A stretch of 64,000 nt of DNA, taken from positions 736,001-800,000 of the forward strand of contig JBJBEO010000001.1 in assembly GCA_047284725.1 (NCBI GenBank), in the 5' to 3' direction. How positions within the stretch are numbered: position 1 is the stretch's first letter; every line of letters starts with the position of its first letter. The notes beneath the pieces are model-generated. The model saw only the letters and a list, made by a program, of their open reading frames with translations, was not told where the DNA came from and made no database searches. This document shows, piece after piece, positions 20,931-30,966 of this stretch. The translations under genes were made by a program, and so were the position numbers. Source of the stretch: Synechococcus sp. (GTDB taxonomy: Bacteria > Cyanobacteriota > Cyanobacteriia > PCC-6307 > Cyanobiaceae).

Positions 20931-22066
20931 TGGCCGCTGCCGCTGAACAGCGCTGGATTCCATGGATGCGCCGGGCCCTTCAACTGGCGGCCCTGGCTGA
21001 AGGCCGCACCAGCCCCAACCCCCTGGTGGGTGCTGTGGTTGTCGATGCCTCTGGACGTCTCGTTGGCGAGGGGTTCCATGCCCGCGCCGGTCAGCCCCAT
21101 GCCGAGGTGGGGGCTCTGGCACAGGCCGGCGAAGCCGCCCGCGGCGGCACGATCGTGGTCACCCTGGAGCCCTGTTGCCACCACGGCCGCACCCCCCCTT
21201 GCACCGAGGCGGTGATCAACGCAGGCATCCGGAGGGTCGTGGTGGCGCTCACGGATCCCGATCCCCGGGTGGCTGGCGGGGGGATGCAACGTCTCCGCGA
21301 CGCCGGCCTTGAGGTGATCACCGGTGTGCTCGAAGCGGAAGCTGGCCATCAGAACCGCGCCTTTGTGCATCGGGTGCAGACCGGTCGGCCCTGGGGCGTG
21401 CTCAAGTGGGCGATGAGTCTGGATGGCCGCACAGCGTTGGCCAATGGGGCCAGCCAATGGATCAGTGGTCCGCTGGCACGGAGTTGGGTGCACGCGCTTC
21501 GAGCCGGATGTGACGCGGTGATCGTGGGGGGAGGCACCGTGCGTGCCGATAACCCTTTGCTCACCAGTCGCGGGCAGCGGGATCCGGAGCCGCTGCGGGT
21601 GGTGCTCAGCCGCAGCCTCGTTCTGCCTGAGCTGGCCCAGCTCTGGGACCAAACGCTCGCCCCCACCCTGGTGGCCCATGGTCCGGTCGTGGAGAGTCCA
21701 GCAGTGGATGCTTCAGCGGCGTCTGCTCGGCTGACGGCGTTGCAGCAACGCGGTGTCGGTGTGCAGCAGCTCGCGCGCAGTGAGCCAGATGCCCTGCTCA
21801 TGGATCTGGCCGGCCGTGGTTGCAATCGGGTGCTGTGGGAGTGTGGGCCGTCGCTGGCGGCCGCGGCGCTGCAGCAGGGCTGCGTGCAGGAGCTGGCGGT
21901 GGTGATCGCCCCCAAATTGATGGGCGGCACCCTGGCCCGTACACCCCTTGGCGATCTGGGTCTGACCGCGATGGATCAGCTGACGACGCTGTCTTTTGCT
22001 GCGGCGCAGCAGTTGGGGGATGACCTGTTGCTGCGGACCCTGCTCGGGTCCGAACGCATCGGTTGA
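20930..22066 (+). CDS. ribD: Riboflavin biosynthesis bifunctional deaminase/reductase
   Basis: PNPLVGAV, HAE, TLEPCCHHGRTPPC, KWAMSLDG. Confidence 0.95.
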   Translation: MAAAAEQRWIPWMRRALQLAALAEGRTSPNPLVGAVVVDASGRLVGEGFHARAGQPHAEVGALAQAGEAARGGTIVVTLEPCCHHGRTPPCTEAVINAGIRRVVVALTDPDPRVAGGGMQRLRDAGLEVITGVLEAEAGHQNRAFVHRVQTGRPWGVLKWAMSLDGRTALANGASQWISGPLARSWVHALRAGCDAVIVGGGTVRADNPLLTSRGQRDPEPLRVVLSRSLVLPELAQLWDQTLAPTLVAHGPVVESPAVDASAASARLTALQQRGVGVQQLARSEPDALLMDLAGRGCNRVLWECGPSLAAAALQQGCVQELAVVIAPKLMGGTLARTPLGDLGLTAMDQLTTLSFAAAQQLGDDLLLRTLLGSERIG

Positions 22067-22093
22067 GGGTCTGACCGCTGGCCGGTCTGAGCC

Positions 22094-22657
22094 GTGGCGC
22101 TGATGATGAGGTTCAGCAGCATGACGGCGATGACGTGGACCTATCTCTTCTGCCTGATCGCCGGTGGCGTGTTGATCACCCTCTCGATCGCCGGGGAAGT
22201 CGATGGCGATCTGGATGCGGCTGCCGGCATCGCTGAAGGGGGCCATGCCGCGGTGTTGTTCAGCACCTCGTTCTGGTCGTTCGGCCTTGCTGGTTTCGGC
22301 TTGTGTGGTTTGTTGCTGCAGTTGTTCCAGGGTTCGACTTCATCCCTCTTCACCTTGCCGTTGGCTCTGTTGCTGGGGGTTGGTCTGGGCTGGGCCGCCG
22401 CCGCCACGTTGCGTGTTCTCGCTCGGCGTGATGCCAATACGGTGGTGCAGGCCAACGATGTCATTGGATTGGAAGCGGCGGTGACGCTGCCGCTTACCGC
22501 AACACAGCGCGGCTTCGTCGAATTCTCCGTGCGCGGCAGCCTGCTGCGCCGCGCGGCCCGCAGTGCATCACGGCCTTTGGCCCGCGGCGAACGGGTGGTG
22601 ATCCTCCGCCTTGAGGGCAACACCTTGATCGTGGATCCCCTCGAGATGGCCGACTGA
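22094..22657 (+). CDS. NfeD-like membrane protein
   Basis: TM helices plus C-terminal OB-fold-like segment (GERVVILRLEGNTLIV); directly upstream of flotillins. Confidence 0.8.
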   Translation: MALMMRFSSMTAMTWTYLFCLIAGGVLITLSIAGEVDGDLDAAAGIAEGGHAAVLFSTSFWSFGLAGFGLCGLLLQLFQGSTSSLFTLPLALLLGVGLGWAAAATLRVLARRDANTVVQANDVIGLEAAVTLPLTATQRGFVEFSVRGSLLRRAARSASRPLARGERVVILRLEGNTLIVDPLEMAD

Positions 22658-22697
22658 CTGCAGCCTTGCTAGGGGAAGACAAGTCGCAGCGATACGC

Positions 22698-24020
22698 ATG
22701 CAGCGCAGCTTGGCAACGGAGCCGACGCCGCTCCTGGCCCAGCGAACTTCCAACAATGACGCCGCTGGTGTGGTGGTGTCGATCGGCGCCACCGTGTTTG
22801 TGGTGATCGTGGCGCTCACCCTGATCAGCCGTTGGATGATTCGCATCTGCCGGCCCAATGAAATGTTGGTGGTGACCGGGTCCAAATCCAATCAAGGCGG
22901 CCAGGGTGTGAAGGGCTACCGGGTTGTTGCGAATGGCGGCTGCACCTTCGTGAAGCCGATTCTGGAAACAGCACGGCGCATGGATGTGACCTTGCTGCCG
23001 GTGTTGGTGGAGGTGACGAATGCCTATTCCAAAGGCGGAACGCCACTCAATATCCAGGCGATCGCCAATGTGAAGGTCAGTACGGATCCATCGGTGCGCA
23101 ACAACGCCATTGAACGCTTCCTCGGGCGCGACACCAAGGAAATCGTGCAGGTCGCCAAGGAAAACCTTGAGGGCAACCTGCGCAGCGTGCTCGCTCAGCT
23201 CACCCCCGAGCAGGTGAATGAAGACCGCCTGCGTTTCGCGGAACAGATCGCCGATGAAGTGGGGGAAGATCTGCGACGCCTTGGCTTGCAGCTCGACACC
23301 CTCAAAATCCAGAGCGTCTTCGACGACGTTGACTATCTCAATTCGATCAGTCGCCGGCGCGTCGCCCAGATCGTTCGCGATGCGGAGATCGCTGAGGCTG
23401 AGGCGATCGGCCAGGCCGAACGGATTGAGGCGGAAATGGAAGAGGTGGCTGAGGTGGTGCGCACGGAAGCCGAAACCGTGGTGCTGGAGAAAGACAACGA
23501 CGTGCGCACCAAGGTGGCGCAAATGGAGAAGGAGGCCCGATCAGAGGAGGAACGCACCGAAGCGGCCGAACTGGAGGCCCGTGCCAAGGCTGAACAGCAA
23601 TTGCAGAAGGTTCGGGCTGAGCTCGAACGCCTCCGCCTCAAAGCAGAAGCCGTGCTGCCCTCCCAGGCGCAGCAGAAAGCACAGGAGTTGCGGGCCCGTG
23701 GCCGTGCGGCAGCCACCGCCGAAGACGTGAAGGCCAGCGCTCTGGTGAATGATCTGCTCACCCAGGTGTGGGAAGACGCCGGCAGCACAGCTGAGCTGGT
23801 GTTTCTGCTGCAGCAGATCGAAATGGTGTTGCAGCAGGCCACGCGTTTGCCAGGTCAGCTGCAGCTCAAGCGCATCACGGCTCTGGATGGGAACGATGCG
23901 TCCAGCCTGGCCAGCCTCGTGGCCGTGAACCACAAGGTGGTGCGCCAGTTCTTTGAGCAGGTCAAGGAGATCCTTGGCGTCGATCTGCTCGGCACCTTGT
24001 CGTCTACCGGAGTGAACTGA
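22698..24020 (+). CDS. Flotillin/SPFH domain protein
   Basis: N-terminal TM, SPFH domain (LEGNLRSVLAQLTPEQVNEDR), AEA-rich coiled coil. Confidence 0.9.
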   Translation: MQRSLATEPTPLLAQRTSNNDAAGVVVSIGATVFVVIVALTLISRWMIRICRPNEMLVVTGSKSNQGGQGVKGYRVVANGGCTFVKPILETARRMDVTLLPVLVEVTNAYSKGGTPLNIQAIANVKVSTDPSVRNNAIERFLGRDTKEIVQVAKENLEGNLRSVLAQLTPEQVNEDRLRFAEQIADEVGEDLRRLGLQLDTLKIQSVFDDVDYLNSISRRRVAQIVRDAEIAEAEAIGQAERIEAEMEEVAEVVRTEAETVVLEKDNDVRTKVAQMEKEARSEEERTEAAELEARAKAEQQLQKVRAELERLRLKAEAVLPSQAQQKAQELRARGRAAATAEDVKASALVNDLLTQVWEDAGSTAELVFLLQQIEMVLQQATRLPGQLQLKRITALDGNDASSLASLVAVNHKVVRQFFEQVKEILGVDLLGTLSSTGVN

Positions 24021-25303
24021 TGTTTTTTGCGGTTGGAATCACCGGCGCTGCCGGTCTCTGGGCCTTTGTGGTGCTGCTCAGGCAGCTGTACTTCATCTGC
24101 CAGCCCAGTGAAGTGCTGATCTTTGCGGGCCTCAGCCGCACCACCGGCGATGGTCGCAAGGTGGGCTACCGGACCGTGCGCGGTGGCAGCGCCCTGCGCA
24201 TTCCTGTGCTGGAGGACGTGATGCGTCTCGATCTCAGCAACATGATCATCGAGCTCCGGGTGGAGAACGCCTACTCCAAGGGAGGCATCCCGCTCAATGT
24301 GGCCGGGGTGGCCAACATCAAGATTTCCGGCGATGAGCCCGGGATCCACAACGCGATCGAACGGCTGATCGGCAAGACCCAGGACGAGATCCGTCACATC
24401 GCCAAGGAAACGCTTGAGGGCAACCTGCGCGGCGTGATGGCCAGCCTCACCCCTGAGCAGCTCAATGAAGACAAGGTCACCTTTGCTCGCACCCTGCTGG
24501 AGGAGGCGGAAGACGATCTGCAGAAGCTTGGGCTGGTGCTCGACACCCTGCAGATTCAGAACATCTCCGATGACGTGCGCTATCTGGACTCGATCGGACG
24601 CAAGCAGCTGGTGGAACTGAAGCGCGATTCACGCATCGCCGAAGCGGAGGCCACGTCCCAGTCGGCGGTGAAACAGGCTGAAAACGCGAGGATCACCAGC
24701 CTGCGGCGGCTCGACAAGGAGCTGGCGGTGGCCACGGCGAATGCCCAGAAACGGATCAAGGATGCCCTCACACGCCGCGATGCCCTCGTGGCCGAGGTGG
24801 AGGCGAAAGTGGGCGCCGAACTGGCCCGGGCGGAAGCCGAACTGCCGGTGCAGCAGGAACGGATCAAACAGGTGACTCAACAACTCGAGGCCGATGTGAT
24901 CGCTCCGGCGGAATCGGAATGCCAGACGATGATGGCGGAGGCCAAAGGTGCGGCCGCCTCGATCGTGGAACAGGGTCGTTCCCAGGCCGAAGGCCTTCAG
25001 GATCTGGTGACCTCGCTCAAACGCAGCGGCTCCGATGCCAAGCGGCTCTTCCTGCTCCAGAAACTGGAGCCTCTGCTCACGATGCTCAGCGACACCGTGC
25101 AGCCGATTGAAGTGGAAGAGGTGGCGCTGATCGGTGAGCGGGACGGGCAGATGAACCTGTCCATTGCCACCTTGCTGCGTCAGCTGCAGGACAGCACCGG
25201 GTTGCGTTTCAACGGTGCCTCAGGAGCATCGGCGCAGGGGCGATCAGCCGCGTCCTCTGAGGTGATCCCCATGGATCCCGGCACCGACATCGATCCCGGT
25301 TGA
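24020..25303 (+). CDS. Flotillin/SPFH domain protein, second paralog
   Basis: LEGNLRGVMASLTPEQLNEDK; start overlaps the previous stop. Confidence 0.9.
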   Translation: MFFAVGITGAAGLWAFVVLLRQLYFICQPSEVLIFAGLSRTTGDGRKVGYRTVRGGSALRIPVLEDVMRLDLSNMIIELRVENAYSKGGIPLNVAGVANIKISGDEPGIHNAIERLIGKTQDEIRHIAKETLEGNLRGVMASLTPEQLNEDKVTFARTLLEEAEDDLQKLGLVLDTLQIQNISDDVRYLDSIGRKQLVELKRDSRIAEAEATSQSAVKQAENARITSLRRLDKELAVATANAQKRIKDALTRRDALVAEVEAKVGAELARAEAELPVQQERIKQVTQQLEADVIAPAESECQTMMAEAKGAAASIVEQGRSQAEGLQDLVTSLKRSGSDAKRLFLLQKLEPLLTMLSDTVQPIEVEEVALIGERDGQMNLSIATLLRQLQDSTGLRFNGASGASAQGRSAASSEVIPMDPGTDIDPG

Positions 25304-25324
25304 GCTGTCGGGGAGGGAGATGTC

Positions 25325-26119
25325 TCACCAGTCGTGGCTGCCGTCGTCGACGCGTTCTTCCTGGTGCTGCTTTTCCTCCACATCGCCGGTGTAGCGGCTG
25401 ATCAGCACCCCCATCACCACCGCCAGGTACAAAGGGCCAATGATGCTGGTGGTCACGGCCAGCATCCGCGAGAGGGGCAACATCGGGTTGATGTCGCCAA
25501 AGCCGACGGTGGTGAGGCAGACGAAAGCGAAGTAGTTGAGGCGGGCAAACACGGGCGCCGACTCCAGCACGCTGGTGTCGCCGCCCGTGAGGGACTGGAG
25601 AGGGACGTCGAGAGGTTCAAAGCTGTTGGGTTGGATGGTTTCGACGGCACTCATCACCAGGCCAGCCGTGAGCCCCAGCAGCAGATAACCAGCGGCTGCG
25701 CCCATCAGCATCGACCGGCTGACGCGCCGCTCGCTCGCCAGGCTTTCCACCAGGCGCAGCACACTCCAGCCCACCAGCACACTCCAGCTCAGTACCAGTG
25801 GCATGCCGGTGCTGGTCCATTTGACGGGTGTCATCACCCAGATCAACTGGCTGGTCAGGGCGACCACGGCCAGCAACTGGTAAAGCTTGTCGCGCCAGGT
25901 GGGTCGGCCCGTGTGCACGCGCACCAGCTGGGTGAGCACCAGGGCAATCAGGGAATAGCCCAGAGACCCCAGCCACCCCATCGAGGGGAACGCGAAACTC
26001 GTGAGCATCAAAATGCAGAGAGCCAGCAGCAGCTCATACACGCCCTCTCGGGTGGTTGATGCTCTTTGCGGGAACAACCGCCTCATCCTTGTTGCCTGCA
26101 GCCACGCTGAGGATGCCAA
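25325..26119 (-). CDS. Potassium channel family protein
   Basis: YFAFVCLTTVGFGD pore signature. Confidence 0.88.
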   Translation of the reverse strand: MASSAWLQATRMRRLFPQRASTTREGVYELLLALCILMLTSFAFPSMGWLGSLGYSLIALVLTQLVRVHTGRPTWRDKLYQLLAVVALTSQLIWVMTPVKWTSTGMPLVLSWSVLVGWSVLRLVESLASERRVSRSMLMGAAAGYLLLGLTAGLVMSAVETIQPNSFEPLDVPLQSLTGGDTSVLESAPVFARLNYFAFVCLTTVGFGDINPMLPLSRMLAVTTSIIGPLYLAVVMGVLISRYTGDVEEKQHQEERVDDGSHDW

Positions 26120-26277
26120 CGATGACCGGCATCAGCGACCCTTCCTCGACCGATTGTCGTTTCCGCGGAGCTCCTTGGCAGTGACTCCCAGCGGCAGGCG
26201 TTCGGTTCTCCCCCCCGCCCCAGCAAACGCCAGCCAGACGCTCGCCTTAGCTTGGTTGTTCAATCGGACCAGCTGCC

Positions 26278-28143
26278 ATGCCGATTCGCGAGGACGACAA
26301 TCAGCCGAACAGGCGGTTCGGAATCATCAACGTGGTGTTGATCGGTTTCGGAGTGTTGCTGCTGCTCAGCAGCTTCCTGCCCAACCAGGGAATGCAGCAG
26401 GTTCCTCGGGTTCCTTATTCCCTGTTCATTGATCAGGTGAACGATGGCGCGGTGAAGCGGGCCTTCATCACGCAGGATCAGATTCGCTACGAGCTCAGCG
26501 CTCCTGAGGAAGGAGCGCCGGCGGTGCTGGCGACAACGCCGATCTTCGATATGGATCTGCCTCAGCGCCTGGAGAACAAGGGCGTTGAGTTCGCTGCTGC
26601 GCCGCCGAAGAAGCCCAATATCTTCACCACCATTCTCAGCTGGGTGGTGCCTCCCCTGATCTTCATCCTGGTCCTCCAGTTCTTTGCTCGTCGCTCCATG
26701 GGTGCTGGTGGTGCTCAGGGTGCGCTCAACTTCACCAAGAGCAAAGCCAAGGTGTATGTGCCCGACGAGCAGTCGCGCATCACCTTTGCGGATGTGGCCG
26801 GTGTGGATGAGGCCAAAGATGAGCTCACCGAAATCGTCGATTTCCTCAAGTCATCGGAGCGTTACACCGAGATCGGTGCTCGCATCCCGAAGGGTGTTCT
26901 GCTTGTTGGACCTCCCGGCACGGGCAAAACCCTGCTGTCCAAGGCTGTGGCAGGTGAAGCAGGCGTTCCCTTCTTCATCATCAGCGGCTCTGAATTCGTG
27001 GAGCTGTTCGTTGGCGCCGGTGCTGCCCGTGTTCGCGATCTGTTCGAGCAGGCCAAGAAAAACGCGCCCTGCATCATTTTCATTGACGAACTCGACGCGA
27101 TCGGCAAGAGCCGTTCGGGGTCGATGGGTGTGGTCGGCGGCAACGACGAACGCGAGCAGACCCTCAATCAGCTGCTCACCGAAATGGACGGCTTCGCCTC
27201 CAAAGACAAACCAGTGATCGTGCTGGCAGCCACCAACCAGCCCGAGGTGCTGGATGCGGCGTTGCTACGTCCTGGCCGCTTCGACCGTCAGGTGCTGGTG
27301 GACCGTCCGGATCTGTCCGGCCGTAAAACCATCCTGGAGATCTACGCCAACAAGGTGAAGCTGGCTGAGGGTGTTGACCTTGATGGCATCGCCCAGGCCA
27401 CCAGTGGCTTTGCTGGTGCTGATCTAGCCAACCTCGTCAATGAAGCAGCCCTGCTTGCCGCCCGTGCCAAGCGCACCAAGGTGGAACAGCAGGACCTCAG
27501 CGAAGCGATCGAGCGTGTGGTCGCTGGTCTTGAGAAGAAGAGTCGCGTGTTGCAAGACGATGAGAAGAAGGTGGTGGCGTATCACGAGGTCGGTCACGCC
27601 ATCGTTGGTCACCTGATGCCCGGCGGCAGCAAGGTGGCGAAGATCTCGATCGTGCCCCGGGGCATGAGTGCCCTTGGCTACACACTGCAGCTGCCGACCG
27701 AAGAGCGCTTCCTCAATTCCCGCGAAGATCTACAAGGTCAGATCGCCACCCTGCTGGGCGGACGCTCCGCTGAGGAAATCGTCTTCGGCAAGATCACAAC
27801 GGGAGCCGCCAATGATCTGCAGCGTGCCACCGACATTGCTGAACAGATGGTGGGTACCTATGGCATGAGTGACACGCTCGGTCCACTTGCTTACGACAAG
27901 CAGGGTGGTGGTCGTTTCCTCGGCGGTGGCAACAACCCTCGCCGCACCGTCAGTGACGCCACGGCTCAGGCGATCGATAAGGAAGTGCGTGGACTGGTGG
28001 ACAGTGCCCACGATCAGGCCCTCAACATCCTTCGCCACAACATGGCTTTGCTGGAAACCATCTCCCAGAAAATCCTTGAGAAGGAGGTGATTGAGGGCGA
28101 CGAGCTCAAGGACATGCTGGCCGCCAGCGTGATGCCCGGCTGA
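26278..28143 (+). CDS. ftsH: ATP-dependent zinc metalloprotease FtsH
   Basis: [29 protein letters not shown]. Confidence 0.97.
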   Translation: MPIREDDNQPNRRFGIINVVLIGFGVLLLLSSFLPNQGMQQVPRVPYSLFIDQVNDGAVKRAFITQDQIRYELSAPEEGAPAVLATTPIFDMDLPQRLENKGVEFAAAPPKKPNIFTTILSWVVPPLIFILVLQFFARRSMGAGGAQGALNFTKSKAKVYVPDEQSRITFADVAGVDEAKDELTEIVDFLKSSERYTEIGARIPKGVLLVGPPGTGKTLLSKAVAGEAGVPFFIISGSEFVELFVGAGAARVRDLFEQAKKNAPCIIFIDELDAIGKSRSGSMGVVGGNDEREQTLNQLLTEMDGFASKDKPVIVLAATNQPEVLDAALLRPGRFDRQVLVDRPDLSGRKTILEIYANKVKLAEGVDLDGIAQATSGFAGADLANLVNEAALLAARAKRTKVEQQDLSEAIERVVAGLEKKSRVLQDDEKKVVAYHEVGHAIVGHLMPGGSKVAKISIVPRGMSALGYTLQLPTEERFLNSREDLQGQIATLLGGRSAEEIVFGKITTGAANDLQRATDIAEQMVGTYGMSDTLGPLAYDKQGGGRFLGGGNNPRRTVSDATAQAIDKEVRGLVDSAHDQALNILRHNMALLETISQKILEKEVIEGDELKDMLAASVMPG

Positions 28144-28218
28144 TTCGTCCCTGATTGACGCAGGCCCCCTTGACGGAATGGGGGCCGATCCTCGATAAAA
28201 CTCCTTTGAAAGCCATTC

Positions 28219-29175
28219 ATGGTTTCCCTCGCTCAGGGTGTTGCTGCCGTTCTTTCTCCTCTGAGCGGCAAGAATTATCTGTCGTCTGAAGACGCGAGCG
28301 CTGACCAGACCGCCGCGTTGCTCGATCTGGCCCGGCAGCTGAAAAGCGGTGAGCGTCGGATCGATCTCGGCAATCGGGTGTTGGGTCTGATCTTCACCAA
28401 GGCCTCCACGCGTACGCGTGTCAGCTTCCAGGTGGCGATGGCCCGTCTTGGCGGACAGACCGTGGATCTCAATCCCCAGGTCACGCAACTGGGGCGTGGT
28501 GAGCCTTTGGAAGACACCGCACGGGTGCTGAGCCGTTTCTGTGATGCCCTGGCAATTCGCACCTTCGCCCAGCAGGAACTGGTGGATTACGCCCACTGGG
28601 CGACGATCCCGGTGATCAATGCGCTCACCGATCTGGAACATCCCTGCCAAGCCCTCGCTGACTTCCTCACCATGCAGGAGGCCTTCGGTGATCTGCAGGG
28701 ACAAACCCTGGCGTATGTGGGTGATGGCAACAACGTCGCCCACTCCTTGATGATCTGTGGCGCCCTTCTGGGGGTGAATGTGCGCATCGGCTGTCCGGAT
28801 GGGTTTGAGCCTCTTCCCGGCGTGCTCGAGCAGGCCCAGCGTCTTGCCGTCGGTGGTGCCCAGATCTCCGTGACCAGCGACCCTGTGGCCGCCGTGCGCG
28901 GTGCTCAGGCGCTCTACACAGATGTATGGGCGTCGATGGGACAGGAGCAGGAGCAGGCGGAGCGGGAGAAGGCGTTCCAAGGCTTCTGCCTGGATGAAGC
29001 CTTGCTGGCGGAAGCTGATTCCCGCGCCATCGTGTTGCACTGTCTGCCTGCCCATCGCGGTGAGGAGATCAGCCCAGGGGTGATGGAAGGGCCCTCCAGC
29101 CGTATCTTTGATCAGGCTGAAAACCGTCTGCATGCCCAGCAGGCCTTGTTGGCAGCCTTGATGGGCGGTCTTTGA
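28219..29175 (+). CDS. argF: Ornithine carbamoyltransferase
   Basis: STRTR, HPCQ, HCLP, QAENR motifs. Confidence 0.97.
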   Translation: MVSLAQGVAAVLSPLSGKNYLSSEDASADQTAALLDLARQLKSGERRIDLGNRVLGLIFTKASTRTRVSFQVAMARLGGQTVDLNPQVTQLGRGEPLEDTARVLSRFCDALAIRTFAQQELVDYAHWATIPVINALTDLEHPCQALADFLTMQEAFGDLQGQTLAYVGDGNNVAHSLMICGALLGVNVRIGCPDGFEPLPGVLEQAQRLAVGGAQISVTSDPVAAVRGAQALYTDVWASMGQEQEQAEREKAFQGFCLDEALLAEADSRAIVLHCLPAHRGEEISPGVMEGPSSRIFDQAENRLHAQQALLAALMGGL

Positions 29176-29187
29176 GGCTCGCTGGGC

Positions 29188-29946
29188 GTGGACGTCGGTT
29201 GCCTGGCGAGCCCTTTGCCGATCTCCTTCAGCGGGGGGCCGGTCACGGTGGTCCTAGTGCATGGCTTCACAGGCTCTCCCGCCGAACTGCGGCTTCTGGC
29301 TGAGGCTTGCCATCAGCAGGGCTTTGCCGTGGAGGTGCCACTGCTTGATGGCCATGGCACGGTGCTTGACGATCTGGTGCCGATGAAGCCACAGCGCTGG
29401 ATCGATCAGCTCGATGCGGTGATTCGCACTCAACTTCAGAGAGGGCAGCAGGTGGTGCTTGGGGGGCTGTCGATGGGCTCGATCCTGGCCTTGCAGGCAT
29501 CGATGCGCTGGCCTGAGATTCAAGGCCTGATGCTCTATGCCCCACCCATCGGCAGTCGAGACCTGCGGCGTTTTTTGGCACCACTGCTCACGCGACTGGT
29601 CACCTCTGTGGCCAAGCCCCCCAGTGATTACGTGGATCCCAGCACGGCTGACCGCCTCTGGGCGTACGACCGTTATCCCGTGATCTGCAGCAGTCTGGTG
29701 TTGCAGATGATTGCCAGGGTGAGAAGAGAACTGCGCAGTGTGACCTCGCCGATGCTGGTGATTGCCAGTCACCGCGACAACGTGGTGAGCGCCAGAGGCG
29801 TGGACTTGTTGCTGCAGCGGGTGTCATCTCCCGTGAAGCAGGTGCTGTGGTTGGAGCGCAGCAGCCATGCCGTCACGGCGGATGGGGAGTGGAGGTTGGT
29901 GTGCGAGCGCAGCCTGTCGTTTCTTGACTCCCTCCAGTTGGGTTGA
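29188..29946 (+). CDS. Alpha/beta-hydrolase (carboxylesterase-like)
   Basis: VHGFTGS and GLSMG nucleophile elbow. Confidence 0.88.
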   Translation: MDVGCLASPLPISFSGGPVTVVLVHGFTGSPAELRLLAEACHQQGFAVEVPLLDGHGTVLDDLVPMKPQRWIDQLDAVIRTQLQRGQQVVLGGLSMGSILALQASMRWPEIQGLMLYAPPIGSRDLRRFLAPLLTRLVTSVAKPPSDYVDPSTADRLWAYDRYPVICSSLVLQMIARVRRELRSVTSPMLVIASHRDNVVSARGVDLLLQRVSSPVKQVLWLERSSHAVTADGEWRLVCERSLSFLDSLQLG

Positions 29947-30020
29947 TCACGACTGCACGGGGTCTGCCGCTGCTGTTGCTTCATTCCGCTGAGGGGGTCT
30001 TGCAAAGGCGTCGACCCACA

Positions 30021-30034
30021 GGTACATATGTATT
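30021..30034 (+). promoter_or_regulatory. Probable cyanobacterial LexA box upstream of lexA
   Basis: GGTACATATGTATT, one mismatch to RGTAC-N3-DGTWCB, about 20 bp before the lexA start. Confidence 0.65.
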
Positions 30035-30054
30035 GACTGACGCGTTCAACGCCG

Positions 30055-30672
30055 GTGCCTGCTGGAACTCCCGAGCCCCTCACCCCTGCGCAGCAGGAGC
30101 TATATGACTGGTTGGCTGATTTCATCGGCGCCAATCAACACAGTCCTTCGATTCGCCAGATGATGCAGGCCATGGGCCTGCGTTCCCCGGCCCCGGTGCA
30201 GAGCCGCTTGCGTCATCTTCAGCAGAAGGGTTGGATCACCTGGCAGGAGGGGCAGGCCCGTACCCTTCAGTTGCTTGGAGGTTTGGCCTCTGGCATCCCA
30301 GTGCTGGGGGCTGTTGCCGCTGGTGGTTTGGTGGAAACCTTCGATGATGTGCAGGAGCGGCTGGATTTGGCTCCGGTGCTGGAGACCCAGGGCCTGTTCG
30401 CGCTCACGGTGAATGGTGACTCCATGGTGGATGCCCATATCGCTGATGGAGACGTGGTGTTAATGGAACCGGTGCTGGAAGCATCGCGACTTCGGGAAGG
30501 CACGATTGTGAGTGCCCTGGTGCCTGGCAGTGGCACCACGCTCAAGCACTTCCACCGCGGCAAGGGATTGATCCGCCTTGAAGCGGCGAATCCTGCCTAT
30601 GAACCGCTTGAGTTGCCGGCCGATCAGGTGCAGGTGCAGGGCAAGCTGGTGGCGGTGTGGCGTCAGGTGTAA
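30055..30672 (+). CDS. lexA: SOS repressor LexA
   Basis: N-terminal wHTH (PSIRQM), VAAG cleavage site, GDSM serine, TLKHF lysine. Confidence 0.95.
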   Translation: MPAGTPEPLTPAQQELYDWLADFIGANQHSPSIRQMMQAMGLRSPAPVQSRLRHLQQKGWITWQEGQARTLQLLGGLASGIPVLGAVAAGGLVETFDDVQERLDLAPVLETQGLFALTVNGDSMVDAHIADGDVVLMEPVLEASRLREGTIVSALVPGSGTTLKHFHRGKGLIRLEAANPAYEPLELPADQVQVQGKLVAVWRQV

Positions 30673-30751
30673 CAGCCTCCCGGGGAAGCGCACCCGCCGG
30701 TGTAAGGTATTCAGGTCGAAGGCCAAGCCTGAGGGTGTTGCCGACGATCAT

Positions 30752-30824
30752 GGGGCCATAGCTCAGCTGGTAGAGCACCTGCATGGCATGCAGGGGGTCA
30801 GGAGTTCGAGTCTCCTTGGCTCCA
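30752..30824 (+). tRNA. tRNA-Ala (GGC)
   Basis: GGGGCCATAGCTCAGCTGG...; anticodon arm CCTGC-ATGGCAT-GCAGG; GTTCGAG T-loop; ends TGGCTCCA. Confidence 0.97.
30778..30824 (+). repeat. attL core (47 bp, within tRNA-Ala)
   Basis: cctgcatggcatgcagggggtcaggagttcgagtctccttggctcca, identical to 57007-57053. Confidence 0.95.
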
Positions 30825-30919
30825 TTCTTAAAAGCCCAGTTAACCACTGGTTTTTTGGCGGCTTCAAGACCGCTTTTTTGTTGTCCGACTACGGCTGGCT
30901 ATGGCCTGTTAGGGCTGTT

Positions 30920-30941
30920 CTGCTCTAAATCCTGCTCTAAA
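30920..30941 (+). repeat. Tandem CTGCTCTAAA repeats, putative integrase arm-type sites (left)
   Basis: Copies at 30920 and 30932 (12-bp period); same pair found near attR. Confidence 0.75.
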
Positions 30942-30966
30942 ACTGCTTCAGAGCACGACGCCTGAA

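Noticed and set aside
27730..29133. 467-aa minus-strand ORF and similar long antisense ORFs (e.g. 22494-23522, 16385-17350)
   Set aside because: Shadow ORFs opposite well-supported GC-rich genes
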